Numbered from the stretch's first letter, positions 1-10,474 are shown. The stretch is DNA of 64,000 nt from Armatimonadota bacterium (GCA_963677485.1 OY781964.1:3712001-3776000), one strand, 5' to 3'. The notes: generated by a model from the letters alone, not told the origin. Translations and numbers: made by a program.

Positions 1-31
1 ATCCCTGATCCCATCTTCATTGTCTGAATAG

Positions 32-122
32 ACCCACTTCGGGGTAGGTGCCTTATGGGCGCCAACCACGGGTATCGCTGATGCTCACCCGTGGCTATAA
101 GAATCATACCCACTTCGTGGGT
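32..122. repeat. REP-like palindromic element (two small TTCG-loop hairpins flanking a CCACGGG...CCCGTGG hairpin)
   Basis: acccacttcggggt ... ccacggg-tatcgctgatgctca-cccgtgg ... acccacttcgtgggt; intergenic. Confidence 0.55.
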
Positions 123-164
123 GCCCGGACTAGCCATTACCGGTGGCTAGGCTGAATTCTATTT

Positions 165-301
165 CCGCGACATAAATGTCTCGGCTATTGATCAGCAAGC
201 CCGTTCAAACGGGCTGCGGCCCTTCGTGCCGACGGTGGTAACGACTTCATAGACTGCTTCAGCAGTCTTGTTGTTCAATAGCCGAGACATTTATGTCGCG
301 G
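165..301. repeat. MITE/REPIN-like element A, 137 bp with perfect 27-bp terminal inverted repeats
   Basis: ccgcgacataaatgtctcggctattga (165-191) is the reverse complement of 275-301; internal hairpins gcccgttcaaacgggc and agactgcttcagcagtct; an inverted copy starts at 53587. Confidence 0.85.
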
Positions 302-424
302 CCTATGGGGAATACAACTCCGGTACGCATTTGTTCAGGTCTTTGATTGTGCATGTGTAAGCAGGTCTGCCCAGGCGTGCTGGTGAACATATCCATAACC
401 AACCACACAATGAGGAAACCCGTG

Positions 425-3400
425 ATGCTCTACCGTCTGCTCGCACTATTCGCCATGCTTACCATGCTCTCCACCAGCGCCCTCGCGGCGCCGGATTACC
501 TGTGGCGTGAGGCGGAGACCGCCGACACGGCCAACTTCGCTGTTCAAGCGACGCCTGGATCGCCCGAGTTTAGCGGGGGACAGTGGCTGAAGGAGGGCAT
601 CCCCGATGGGGGCACACTGAGCTATAGGCTCAACGTGCAAATACCAGGTGATTACCACCTGTGGCTGCGCATCGGCATGGAGTTCATCCGCGCCAGCATG
701 CAGTGGCGGATCGACGGTGGCGAGTGGAAGACCATCGGCCCCAACGACCTGACCACGAACCTGACGGGCATCTGGTACTGGGCGGAGCTCTCATGGATGA
801 ATGCTGGCACGGTAAACCTCAAAGCTGGTGCGCACGAGCTGGAAGTGAAGTTCGGGCCGAAAACGGGCGATAACATGGTGGCGGCGTTTGACTGCTTCTG
901 TCTGGTTCAGGGTGACTGGCAGCCCGATGGCGCGTTGAAACCGGGTGAGCAGCCGAGTAGCGAACTCGACAAGCAAGCCGCAGCGCAGATATTCAGCTTC
1001 CCCAATACCGCAGTATCCACCCCAGGCGAACGGCAAAGCCTCTCGTTGAACGGCGTGTGGCAGGTTGCGCGGCACGATGACCTCGATATGAACAAAAACC
1101 GCTATGAACCGGTGCGCGACTTCCCAGCGGAGCCGCGGTGGCGCGGCATCAACATCCCCAGCGACTACGCCAGCCAGGTTTCGGCTCTCAAGCTGGGACA
1201 CCGCGTCTGGTTCCGCACCAAAGTCGACATCCCTGCCAGCATGTCTGGACGCAGCTTCATGCTGGACTTCGCGGGCACGAACTGGATCGCCTCGGTAGTG
1301 GTGAACGGCCAGTTCATGGGATGGCGGAAGTCCACCCGTGTGCCGTGGCAGTGCGACATCACGAAGGGCATCAAGCCCGGGCAGGTGAATGAGGTTTGGA
1401 TCGGCATCAAAGGCTTCTATTACACCATCGACAACGACAACCTGAACAAATCGCGCAACATCCCGCTGGACGCCATCCGCCAATGGCCTCCGCATTTCGT
1501 GGCGCCCATCATGCCCTCCACCAAGGGTGACGCGGATGGAGTGATGTGCGGCATCACCGACCCCGTGAGCCTGGTCGTAGCCGGAGCATCGGCGTATGTG
1601 TCGGATGTATTCGTAAAGACGACGGTCACTGACGCGCAGTTCAAGCCCACTAACAAAAAGATCAACGCTGAGATCACGCTGACCAACCCCACGGATCAGG
1701 ACGCGACGGTGAGTGTGAGCGCGGAGGCGGTGTTCGCGGGGAGCCGGAACAGCGAAAAGGCTCTGGCACCTGTCAGCGTGACTGTGCCTGCCGGTAAGTC
1801 ACAGATGGTGACCCTCACCGCTCCCTGGCCCGAGGCGAAGCTCTGGTGGCCGCAGCAGAATCCGGCCAATATGTATACCCTGCGCACATCCGTTGCGGTG
1901 GACGGTAAAGTGGTGGATATCCACGAGCAGCCGTTTGGCTTCCGCGAAGTGAAGATCGATGGTAAGTATATCCGCATCAACGGTCTGAGGCGGAACTTCT
2001 GGAACCTGCTGGGCGGATTATCTGGCTCCACCGATGCCCAAAGGCTCAGCAACTTCTACCTGGGCAACAACCGCTTCGAGCGGTTTAGTGCCGACATCAA
2101 TGGGCAGATCCCTTCATCAAGCAGGTGTGAGCAACTCGAGTGGGCCGACAAACACGGCATTCCCGGACGGCTCTCCACCATGATCGACGGCATGGCTATC
2201 ACGTACACATTGGAGAACCAGACCACATGGGAGAATTTTAAGGAACACATCGACCAGGTGGTGCGGAACTATAGAAACCATCCTTCGGTCATCGTGTATA
2301 GCCTGGAGAATGAGCTGCTGTTCATCAACGGCGCGCTCACGCGGGATGCGAAAGGGATGGACCTGGTCGAAGAGAACGCGCAGAAATACCTGGTGGACAC
2401 CGCGCATCAGCTTGATCCCACACGGCCGGTGATGTTTGACGGCGGCGGTGCCTTCAAGAACAACACGGTGGACATCTGCTGCACCCACTACGCCGAAGAT
2501 GGGTTCCACCCGGATAACGCCTTTCCGATGGACAAGATCATCAGCCAGAACCGCTGGAGCTGGGACATGAAGCGGCCCTATAGTGCGGGCGAGGTCGCCT
2601 ACTTCTCGGGAAATAACTCCGACCACGCCTGGATCGGCGGAGAACTGGCCTCCACCGGAAAAGTGGGCGCGATCAAGTCGTATGCCAAGTATATGAAGTA
2701 TCTATTTGAACGATACCGCTGGAACGATGTGGCGATGATCTGCCCGTGGACCGGCATGGCTGATGCCGAAGAGACCTGGAATGCCATGAACGAGATCGCT
2801 GCCTTCACGCGGGAGTACAACAGCAGCTTCTTCGGCGGGGAGAAGATGACGCGCACGGTGAAGGTGTTCAACGACACCTTCTCAACTGACCCACTCAACT
2901 TCACCTGGAAATTGATGGCCAACGGCAAGATGGTCGGCAGCGGGACACAACAGCTCAGCATCGAGCCGGGATTCGCGAAGCAAGTGTCGATTAGCTGTGT
3001 CTCGCCGAAAGTGACCGCGCGGGTCAACGGCCAGCTCATTCTTCAAGTCACCCAGAAGGGCGCGAAGCCCTTCAAGGATGTGAAGCCGGTGGCCTTCTAC
3101 CCGCGAGTGCAGGGTGTGAAGCTGCGCCGCAGCTTGTATGTGATTGAGAGCAAGGGCGTGACCAGCAAGTCACTAGCCAGCTTGGGCATCATCGCCAAGC
3201 CGGTCAAGAGCGTGGCGGGTATCAAACCCGGTGGCATCGTGCTGGTAGGTGATAATGCTGTGGCTGAGAAACAACCCGTCAACGATCTGATGGGATATGC
3301 CCAGAGCGGTGGTCGTGTGGTGATTCTGGAGCAGGATCAGCCGATCCTGGGTGACCGTTTTGGCTCCCCGCTGAACATCGGGAAGGGACTCGACAAGAAC

Positions 3401-4873
3401 CCCTACAACGCCAATTTCGCGTTTGCACAGCAGGGCACCAAACTGCTGGACGGTCTCGATAGCCTGACGCTCTCCAACTGGGCAGGGTTTGGCTCCACCA
3501 GCAAGACGGTCTGGGAGAAGAGCTCTGGAGCCGCTCGTTCTTGGATCACCTGTGGACCGGCACTGAACGGCTCCACGCTGATCGAGATGCCGAAGGGTAA
3601 AGGCGAGGTGATCGCCACGCAGATGCGGGTGGGTGAACTGCTCATGGTGGAGCCGGCGGCGCAGTTGCTTCTGGCCAACATGCTCAAGCGGGCTGATACC
3701 TACACAAGGCCGTCGGCCACGGTGGGGGTCTACGCTCCTGACAGTACAGAGGTAGGCGAGTTCATCGCAGGCCTGGGCTGCCAGCAGAAGAAGCTGGCTA
3801 AGCTGACCGATGGGTTGAATCTGAAAGGGACACCGGTTTTGGTTGTTCATGCGTCGATAGCCGGTCTTGAAGCGCTCAGTGCGGCTAATGCGCAGCTCAA
3901 TGCGTATACACAGGCGGGTGGATACGTCATGATGATGGGCTTGCAGCCAGATGGTCTGGCACTATACAACAAGCTGCTGGGTACTCAGCATGTGATGCGC
4001 GAGTTCCGGCGGGAGTCTGTGCAGCTTATCGACGATCCGCTGATGGCTGGGGTCAGCAGCTCCGACTTGTCGCAGTTCACCGATCAGGTCATCGCGCCAT
4101 GGTCTGGGCAGCGCAACGTCTCGCGGGATCTATTCAGCTATTGCCTGGACGGTGAGGATATCGCCCCGTTCTGCTTCGGAGCACCCAACCCGGACTACCC
4201 TGAGGCGAACGGCAACGGAGCCTATAACCTGGTGAACGGGCTGTTCAACGCCGACATGTGGTGGTATATTGACCAGATCAGCTACGACCCGACCAAACCC
4301 GAGAATGAACTGGTCAGCTTCAAGCTGCCCGTGAGCAGCAAGCTAAAGTCCATCACCATCTGGAACAACAAGAATTATGACACGGTGAAGGAGTGCGATA
4401 TCCGCCTGAACGGCAAATCCGTCAAGAGGGTAGAGTTGCCGGATTCCTTTGACGCTGTGGAGGTGCCTTTAGGCGGAGCCTCCGCTAGCAGCCTCATGTT
4501 GACATCGCTGAGCACACGCGTTCATGGCACATCCAAGCTGGTGGGTCTGGATGAAGTGAAGATAATCCGTGAGGTGCCGGAGTGGTATAAGGGGCGGGTC
4601 TATCCGTTGGTCAACAGCGGGGGACTGATCCGCTACCCGCGTGGCAAAGGTGGGTTCGTGTTGAACAATCTGAAGCTGGATACACCGGCTCGCAAGGACT
4701 TCCCCGAGAACCTTGCCAAGAAGCGGCGCGTCACCTCCGTGCTATTGCAGAACCTGGGCGTGGCCTTCAATAGCGAGGATGCGGTGAGCCAGGAGGGCCA
4801 GCAGCTTGGTCCTAACGGGCTGCCGATCTACATCCCGCCCACCGGCAGAGCCAATCTTGGCGAGAAGGAGTAA
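425..4873 (+). CDS. Large secreted GH2-like glycoside hydrolase with N-terminal CBM-like and C-terminal accessory domains
   Basis: Signal peptide MLYRLLALFAMLTMLSTSALA; GH2 hallmarks SLNGVW, LWWP..PANMY, FGFREV, RNHPSVIVYSLENE, DPTRPV; start moved to ATG 425 behind GAGG. Confidence 0.8.
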   Translation: MLYRLLALFAMLTMLSTSALAAPDYLWREAETADTANFAVQATPGSPEFSGGQWLKEGIPDGGTLSYRLNVQIPGDYHLWLRIGMEFIRASMQWRIDGGEWKTIGPNDLTTNLTGIWYWAELSWMNAGTVNLKAGAHELEVKFGPKTGDNMVAAFDCFCLVQGDWQPDGALKPGEQPSSELDKQAAAQIFSFPNTAVSTPGERQSLSLNGVWQVARHDDLDMNKNRYEPVRDFPAEPRWRGINIPSDYASQVSALKLGHRVWFRTKVDIPASMSGRSFMLDFAGTNWIASVVVNGQFMGWRKSTRVPWQCDITKGIKPGQVNEVWIGIKGFYYTIDNDNLNKSRNIPLDAIRQWPPHFVAPIMPSTKGDADGVMCGITDPVSLVVAGASAYVSDVFVKTTVTDAQFKPTNKKINAEITLTNPTDQDATVSVSAEAVFAGSRNSEKALAPVSVTVPAGKSQMVTLTAPWPEAKLWWPQQNPANMYTLRTSVAVDGKVVDIHEQPFGFREVKIDGKYIRINGLRRNFWNLLGGLSGSTDAQRLSNFYLGNNRFERFSADINGQIPSSSRCEQLEWADKHGIPGRLSTMIDGMAITYTLENQTTWENFKEHIDQVVRNYRNHPSVIVYSLENELLFINGALTRDAKGMDLVEENAQKYLVDTAHQLDPTRPVMFDGGGAFKNNTVDICCTHYAEDGFHPDNAFPMDKIISQNRWSWDMKRPYSAGEVAYFSGNNSDHAWIGGELASTGKVGAIKSYAKYMKYLFERYRWNDVAMICPWTGMADAEETWNAMNEIAAFTREYNSSFFGGEKMTRTVKVFNDTFSTDPLNFTWKLMANGKMVGSGTQQLSIEPGFAKQVSISCVSPKVTARVNGQLILQVTQKGAKPFKDVKPVAFYPRVQGVKLRRSLYVIESKGVTSKSLASLGIIAKPVKSVAGIKPGGIVLVGDNAVAEKQPVNDLMGYAQSGGRVVILEQDQPILGDRFGSPLNIGKGLDKNPYNANFAFAQQGTKLLDGLDSLTLSNWAGFGSTSKTVWEKSSGAARSWITCGPALNGSTLIEMPKGKGEVIATQMRVGELLMVEPAAQLLLANMLKRADTYTRPSATVGVYAPDSTEVGEFIAGLGCQQKKLAKLTDGLNLKGTPVLVVHASIAGLEALSAANAQLNAYTQAGGYVMMMGLQPDGLALYNKLLGTQHVMREFRRESVQLIDDPLMAGVSSSDLSQFTDQVIAPWSGQRNVSRDLFSYCLDGEDIAPFCFGAPNPDYPEANGNGAYNLVNGLFNADMWWYIDQISYDPTKPENELVSFKLPVSSKLKSITIWNNKNYDTVKECDIRLNGKSVKRVELPDSFDAVEVPLGGASASSLMLTSLSTRVHGTSKLVGLDEVKIIREVPEWYKGRVYPLVNSGGLIRYPRGKGGFVLNNLKLDTPARKDFPENLAKKRRVTSVLLQNLGVAFNSEDAVSQEGQQLGPNGLPIYIPPTGRANLGEKE

Positions 4874-4877
4874 GGGA

Positions 4878-5669
4878 ATGGCAAAGCGCGTGCGGAAAAG
4901 CCGTATCATGACCACCAGCGATTATATACAGCAGCTCACACAGCTCTTTGACGACAAGTTTCGTCGGCCAGCGTCGTTTTACAACAATGGCTGCTGCGTC
5001 GGCGACGATGAAGCACGGCTGCTGATCGAAACACCAAGGGCAAAACTTACCGAAGAAGAGTTGAGTAGTCCGATCGATCACGCTTGCGGTTGTTTTGGCA
5101 CATTCGAGCAGATGGCATATTACGTGCCCAGGTTGATGGAGATTCTGAATGAATCGGAAGATGGATTTACACATGGGTGCCTCAACTTCAGCTTTTTTCG
5201 GCTGCTGGTCGACCATGAGCAGCAATATCGCGTTTTGGGGCTGTGGGACAGTATCGAAAACACAATGTATAGCATATTTGCCGATCGAACATCCACTTTT
5301 GTTTTAGTAGGCAGCGACTACACTGTGTGTTCGGATCTGTTGAATGAGTTGCTTGAAGGTTTCTTCCAACCTGTGCTACACAACAGAGCAGGCGTAAGCA
5401 GTCCCTGTATGACCCAGTGGGATGAATTCATCGCGAAGTGGGCTGATGAAGGGGATCCTCACATGATAGCTCATCTCTTATCGTTCGTCCGATGGCAGGC
5501 TATCGATGATGACTGCATTTTGCCGGAGAGCTTCATGACGCGACTGAAAGATCAGGCGTATTCATCATCCCTACTCAAGCGTGCAGAACCTGCGTTAGTC
5601 TCAATGCCGTCAGAGTATTGGTTGTACGTTGTGCGAGAGTGTCTTGAGGAATTCGCGAAGCGTGATTAA
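4878..5669 (+). CDS. Hypothetical protein (Cys-rich N-terminus GCC, YYVPRLMEIL motif)
   Basis: ORF; ATG 4878 follows AGGAG at the upstream stop (alternative start 4908); more AT-rich codons than its neighbour. Confidence 0.6.
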   Translation: MAKRVRKSRIMTTSDYIQQLTQLFDDKFRRPASFYNNGCCVGDDEARLLIETPRAKLTEEELSSPIDHACGCFGTFEQMAYYVPRLMEILNESEDGFTHGCLNFSFFRLLVDHEQQYRVLGLWDSIENTMYSIFADRTSTFVLVGSDYTVCSDLLNELLEGFFQPVLHNRAGVSSPCMTQWDEFIAKWADEGDPHMIAHLLSFVRWQAIDDDCILPESFMTRLKDQAYSSSLLKRAEPALVSMPSEYWLYVVRECLEEFAKRD

Positions 5670-5671
5670 CA

Positions 5672-6883
5672 CTAGATACTCCACGCCGGTATGGACGCCG
5701 TGGAAGCCGTGATTGGCAGCGATTGTTGCGCCAGGCAGATCACGCCTCCGGGACCTATGGGTAACCCAAGCTTCTCGAGTGTTGAGAAGGCCCGCACATC
5801 GGCGACGGAAGGCGAAGCCGACTTCTTAATCTCAAGCGGGTAGATGGTGCCATCTTGAACGATCAGTAGGTCAATCTCCTTCTGGTCTCGATCGCGGTAG
5901 TAGTAGAAGGGCGGTTGTTTGCCGTTGTGCAGGTAACCCTTAAGAAGCTCCGAAAGGACCCATGTCTCCAGAATGGCACCAGACATCGCCCCCGCCTCTA
6001 GTGTCTCAGGGCTAGACCATTCGGTCAGATATGAGCATAGGCCTGTGTCGAGGAAGTAGAGTTTGGGTGCCTTGACCAGTCTTTTTCCGAGATTGTGGTG
6101 ATATGGCTCCAACAGATAGACTACGCCCGATGCTTGCAGAATCGACAGCCAGCTTTTGGCTGTGTTTACGGTGATGTCTGCGTCACGTGCCAGATCGCTC
6201 AGGTTCAAAAGCTGTGCCGATCGCGCCGCCGCGATCCTCAAGAATCGCAGGAACGCGAGTTCGTCACCCACTTTGGCTAGGTCGCGTATGTCCCTTTGCA
6301 GGTAGGTTTGGACGTAGGAACTGTAAAACAGGCCTTTGTCCATCCCATCTGACAAGGCGATGGCAGGGTACGACCCACGCCAGATCATATGATATAGCTG
6401 CTGTAGGGTCAAGCTATGCCCGACTGGAGGCTGAACTGCTGATGGTAGAAAAGGACGATGCACTGAACCTTGGCCGACCATCTCCCAATGGCTGAGACCC
6501 AGCAATTGGACCACTGCCACTCTGCCAGCCAGTGATTCTGAAACACCTTTCATCAGGTGAAACTGTTGTGAGCCGGTCAGCCAGAAAAGGCCGGGTTGAT
6601 GTGTGTTGTCAACCTCCATCTTGATGTATGGCAGCAGCTCAGGTGCATATTGGATTTCGTCGATGAGCAGAGGCGGCCTGTATCGTTGGAAGAAGAGAGC
6701 AGGGTCACGCTTCGCGAGCTCCAACACCAGCGGGTCATCTAGCGAGACATATGTGCGGTCAGAATAACTCAGGTGGCGCAGGAAGGTCGTTTTGCCGACT
6801 TGCCGTGCTCCGGTGACCATCAGCACCGGAAACTGCATCCCAGCCGACCTGGCGAAACTCTCAAGCGTGCGTGGTAGATACAT
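5672..6883 (-). CDS. AAA+ ATPase, COG1373 (AAA_14 + DUF4143)
   Basis: Walker A GARQVGKT, Walker B LLIDEIQ, TGSQ, YVQTYLQRD, KLYFLDTG, C-terminal EIDL...EIK nuclease-like motif. Confidence 0.92.
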   Translation of the reverse strand: MYLPRTLESFARSAGMQFPVLMVTGARQVGKTTFLRHLSYSDRTYVSLDDPLVLELAKRDPALFFQRYRPPLLIDEIQYAPELLPYIKMEVDNTHQPGLFWLTGSQQFHLMKGVSESLAGRVAVVQLLGLSHWEMVGQGSVHRPFLPSAVQPPVGHSLTLQQLYHMIWRGSYPAIALSDGMDKGLFYSSYVQTYLQRDIRDLAKVGDELAFLRFLRIAAARSAQLLNLSDLARDADITVNTAKSWLSILQASGVVYLLEPYHHNLGKRLVKAPKLYFLDTGLCSYLTEWSSPETLEAGAMSGAILETWVLSELLKGYLHNGKQPPFYYYRDRDQKEIDLLIVQDGTIYPLEIKKSASPSVADVRAFSTLEKLGLPIGPGGVICLAQQSLPITASTASIPAWSI

Positions 6884-6894
6884 GGCACGTAATC

Positions 6895-6948
6895 TCCGTC
6901 TATATTGCAATCCAATTGCAATATAGACGGATTATTTTGTATTGTCAA
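6895..6948 (-). promoter_or_regulatory. Sigma70-like promoter (TTGACA-N17-TATATT) overlapped by a perfect 17-bp-arm inverted repeat (putative operator)
   Basis: tccgtctatattgcaat-cca-attgcaatatagacgga at 6895-6931; minus-strand -35 at 6948-6943 and -10 at 6925-6920. Confidence 0.7.
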
Positions 6949-7034
6949 GCGTGTGGTTGGCGATGTGTTGATATATTGCTATACTCAACACATATCGGTG
7001 TGTGGTCATCTTGCTGATTGAAGAGGTGCTGTCT

Positions 7035-7586
7035 GTGTTTGCCCTGAAACTCTCCGGTGATACCGAGCTCAAACTGCTTCAGCATTCGAATGCAGATGAG
7101 CTCTTCTCGCTGGTGGAAACAAACCGCGAGCATCTGCGGGCCTGGCTGCCCTGGGTAGACAAAACACTGTCTGTGAGCGACATAGAGACCTTTATAAACC
7201 GATCACTACGTCAGTATGCGGGAGATGGTTCGATCACGGCCGGGATATTCGATCGTGGCTCTGTGGTGGGGGTGATTTCACTCACTGTTCGGGATCCGGG
7301 GCGGCACGAAATCGGCTACTGGCTCGACAAAGACCACCAGGGCAGCGGCATCATGACCATTGCCTGCAAAGCATTGATCGAGTTCGCATTCCACCACACG
7401 ACGGCTCAACGGATCGACATCCGCGTGGAGCCTGCCAACGATCGAAGCAGGGCGATCCCCGAACGGCTCGGATTCACATGGGAATCCGTATACAGAGAAC
7501 CCGTTCTGCACACCAATGACCCCGGTCGCGAGCTGGTGACCTATGTCATGCCTAAGGAAGCATGGCTGAGATCACGAGCTACCTGA
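7035..7586 (+). CDS. GNAT N-acetyltransferase, RimJ/RimL family
   Basis: NREHLRAWLPW, EIGYWL..HQGSGIMT, N.RSRAIPERLGF; GTG start after GAGG. Confidence 0.9.
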   Translation: MFALKLSGDTELKLLQHSNADELFSLVETNREHLRAWLPWVDKTLSVSDIETFINRSLRQYAGDGSITAGIFDRGSVVGVISLTVRDPGRHEIGYWLDKDHQGSGIMTIACKALIEFAFHHTTAQRIDIRVEPANDRSRAIPERLGFTWESVYREPVLHTNDPGRELVTYVMPKEAWLRSRAT

Positions 7587-8276
7587 GTTGATGCCTACCC
7601 CTGACGCCAAAACAGGCCGGTGGTCGGATGCCTGGCTGTTGACCACCGTCACACTCGATGCCGTAAGCTCAGGGCTCGCCAGCATGTAGTCGATCCTGCA
7701 ATCCGGCGTGTCTGCCGGGAAGGTGAATTCTACATCACCGTCCTTGACCGCTAGATCACGCTGCCCCGTGAGGCTGATCAACGTGCTGACGGCCGCGTGG
7801 TCGGCGGTTTCGTTGAGGTCACCACAGATTATTTTGGGCCCAGTGGTGGCGTTGATCGCGGCAGCAGTTTCACCAGCCTGCTTGATGCGCTCTTCGCCGT
7901 TCAAGCCCCAGTGAGTGCAGAACACGCTCAAATCGCCCTGTTCTGTCGATATCTGCACGCGGATCATGCCCCGCTGTTCGCCCACGCTGGGCAGCAGGTA
8001 TCTATCGGATTGGACCACAGGGTAGCGCGTCAATATCGCGATGCCGTAGCGGTAGTGCGGGAGGGTCAGAATGCCATGGAACTCCACATGCATCGCCAAC
8101 AATCGAGCTAAATCTGCGGGTTGATTCCCGAAACCCACCCCGGGCTCCCATTGCTCCACCTCTTGCAGACAGACGATGTCGGCTTGCGAGGAACGGATGG
8201 TGTCGACGATTCTCTCCACAGAGCGTATATCATCGATGCCTCGGGTGCCTCGGACATTGTAGGTCAGGATGTTCAT
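7572..8276 (-). CDS. Endonuclease/exonuclease/phosphatase family protein
   Basis: LTYNV, DIVCLQEV, GDLN, RIDY, ASDHRPV. Confidence 0.92.
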   Translation of the reverse strand: MNILTYNVRGTRGIDDIRSVERIVDTIRSSQADIVCLQEVEQWEPGVGFGNQPADLARLLAMHVEFHGILTLPHYRYGIAILTRYPVVQSDRYLLPSVGEQRGMIRVQISTEQGDLSVFCTHWGLNGEERIKQAGETAAAINATTGPKIICGDLNETADHAAVSTLISLTGQRDLAVKDGDVEFTFPADTPDCRIDYMLASPELTASSVTVVNSQASDHRPVLASGVGINSGSS

Positions 8277-8374
8277 TCAAGCCTCCCATCGCTCTATCGG
8301 AAAATCCGTGTTTGTCGACAGTTCACAATTGCAATACAATGAACTGAACTTCACTTATTCAGGAGCATTATCAC

Positions 8375-10432
8375 ATGCATGATACAGATATTCCGACAGG
8401 TTTCCCCAATGATCCCATCATGGCTGGGCCGGACGAGGTGACTCGTGTCGTGAGCTGGGCGAAAGCGGCATTCGCCGGGGCACCTCTCGAGACGTGGGAC
8501 GCGTTACTCATCAAGCCGACATCTCTGCCATTCACCTTCAAACTCAACGGGGTGGCATCTACGGAGTTCCTCGACCGCTGGCATCACAGCAGTGTCAGCA
8601 CGGAACTAGAAGACAAGCTGCTGATCGACGCAGAGTGGTCGGAACCCGCTACCGGGTTGACCATTACCGTTGAGGTCAAGGTGTTCAAGAAGTTTGCGGC
8701 CATCGACTGGCTGCTACGATTTGAAAACAAGGGTAGCGCAGAGACACCCATTATCGAAGATATCAAGACCGTGGACATCACGTTGGATACGAATAGCCGA
8801 GAGTGCGCTCCGGTGCTGCACCAACTGCACGGTGATTCGTGTGGAGGGCAGAGTTTTGCGCCTTTCGACACGGAGCTGTTCTGGTCTGGGCAGGTTCTCA
8901 CCATGGCTCCCAGCGGCGGACGGCCGTCAAACGCCACGGCTTTCCCGTTCTTTGACTTTGAGTATGAGGGGCAAGGTGTCATCACCGCAATCGGTTGGTC
9001 TGGGCAGTGGTCCGCGAGTTACCATCGGTCTGATGATAAGCTGCAAACGGCCTTTTGTGCAGGGCAGGAGCTGACGCATCTGCAGCTCCAACCCGGGGAG
9101 TCCATCCGCACACCTCGAGTGCTGCTGGTGCCCTGGGCAGGTGATCGCGCACAGGCGCATAACCGCTTCCGCCGCTTGATGATGGACGAATATCTACCAA
9201 GGCCAAATGGCCACTTGATCAACATGCCTGTGGTGTTGCAGACATTTGACCTGTACCACAACTTCTGCACCGACCATGTCGATTTTGCCGACTGGGCGAC
9301 CGAAGCAGGCCAGATTGAGGCGGTAGAGGCTGCACACAAACTGGGTTGCGACACCTACTGGTTTGACGCCGGCTGGTTTGTGGGTGACTTCCCAGCAGGA
9401 GCCGGAAACTGGTTCTGCAAACCCAAAGAGTTCCCGAATGGTCTGAAGCCGGTTAGCGATCGCTGCCATGAGTTGGGCATGAAGTTTGTGCTCTGGTTTG
9501 AACCCTGCCGTGTGGCTCCCAATACTCAGATTGCGAATGAGCATCCAGAGTGGCTGTTGGGCGATTCATCCGCGGATAGGCTGTTCAACCTGGGTATCCC
9601 TGAGGCCAGACGCTGGATGACAGATATGCTCTCAAGCCGGATCACGGAGTTCGGCGTGGATGTCTATCGCGAAGACTACAACATCGACCCACTGGGTTTC
9701 TGGCGATCTTGTGACGCCTCCAACCGGCAAGGCATGGCGGAGATACGGTTTATTGAGGGCCATTACGCCATGTGGGATGAGCTACTGGAGCGGCACCCGG
9801 GTCTGTGGATCGACAACTGCGCCAGCGGCGGCCGGCGGATCGACCTGGAGACCATCTCACGATCCGTGCCGCTGTGGAGAAGCGACACCGGCTGCTTCAG
9901 CGGTCACCCAGAGTGGAACCAACTGCAGTCGGCGGCGCTCAGCCAATACCTGCCCTTGCACACCGCGTGCGGATGGAGCCATGATGCTTATACGCTGCGC
10001 AGCTCTGCCACGTCTGGCGTGATCGTGCAGTTACCTTATCATGACGAGGAATTCCCGTACGAGGAGGCACGGCAGGCCATCGCGGAGGTGGAGCAGTGCC
10101 GTCAATACTGGTATGGCGACTTCTACAACCTGACTGGCATCACCTCTACGGTCGATGACATGATCGCCTACCAGTTCCATCGCACCGACCTGGACGCAGG
10201 TGTGGTTTATGTGTTCCGCAGGCAGCTCTGCCTCTACAGTGGGCTGGTGTTGGCATTTCAGGGGCTCGATCCTGAAGCGGGCTATCAGCTAGAGGTAATC
10301 GATGACCACCGCCACATCGTGCAGTCTGTTGAGTTTACTGGTGTGCAGCTTCAGGAAGAGGGTTTCGAAGTGCGGCTGCCGAGGAAGTCTAGCGTGATCA
10401 TTCGGTACCAGCGACTGACCTCTGGGGGGTAG
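8375..10432 (+). CDS. Alpha-galactosidase-like, GH36/GH27 clan
   Basis: WFDAGWF, FPNGLKPV, LWFEP, YREDYN, IDNCASGGRRID, LWRSD; AGGAG RBS; no signal peptide. Confidence 0.88.
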   Translation: MHDTDIPTGFPNDPIMAGPDEVTRVVSWAKAAFAGAPLETWDALLIKPTSLPFTFKLNGVASTEFLDRWHHSSVSTELEDKLLIDAEWSEPATGLTITVEVKVFKKFAAIDWLLRFENKGSAETPIIEDIKTVDITLDTNSRECAPVLHQLHGDSCGGQSFAPFDTELFWSGQVLTMAPSGGRPSNATAFPFFDFEYEGQGVITAIGWSGQWSASYHRSDDKLQTAFCAGQELTHLQLQPGESIRTPRVLLVPWAGDRAQAHNRFRRLMMDEYLPRPNGHLINMPVVLQTFDLYHNFCTDHVDFADWATEAGQIEAVEAAHKLGCDTYWFDAGWFVGDFPAGAGNWFCKPKEFPNGLKPVSDRCHELGMKFVLWFEPCRVAPNTQIANEHPEWLLGDSSADRLFNLGIPEARRWMTDMLSSRITEFGVDVYREDYNIDPLGFWRSCDASNRQGMAEIRFIEGHYAMWDELLERHPGLWIDNCASGGRRIDLETISRSVPLWRSDTGCFSGHPEWNQLQSAALSQYLPLHTACGWSHDAYTLRSSATSGVIVQLPYHDEEFPYEEARQAIAEVEQCRQYWYGDFYNLTGITSTVDDMIAYQFHRTDLDAGVVYVFRRQLCLYSGLVLAFQGLDPEAGYQLEVIDDHRHIVQSVEFTGVQLQEEGFEVRLPRKSSVIIRYQRLTSGG

Positions 10433-10474
10433 ATATCAGGTAAAATCAAGCTGAATGGTAAAGGAGTCAAACCG

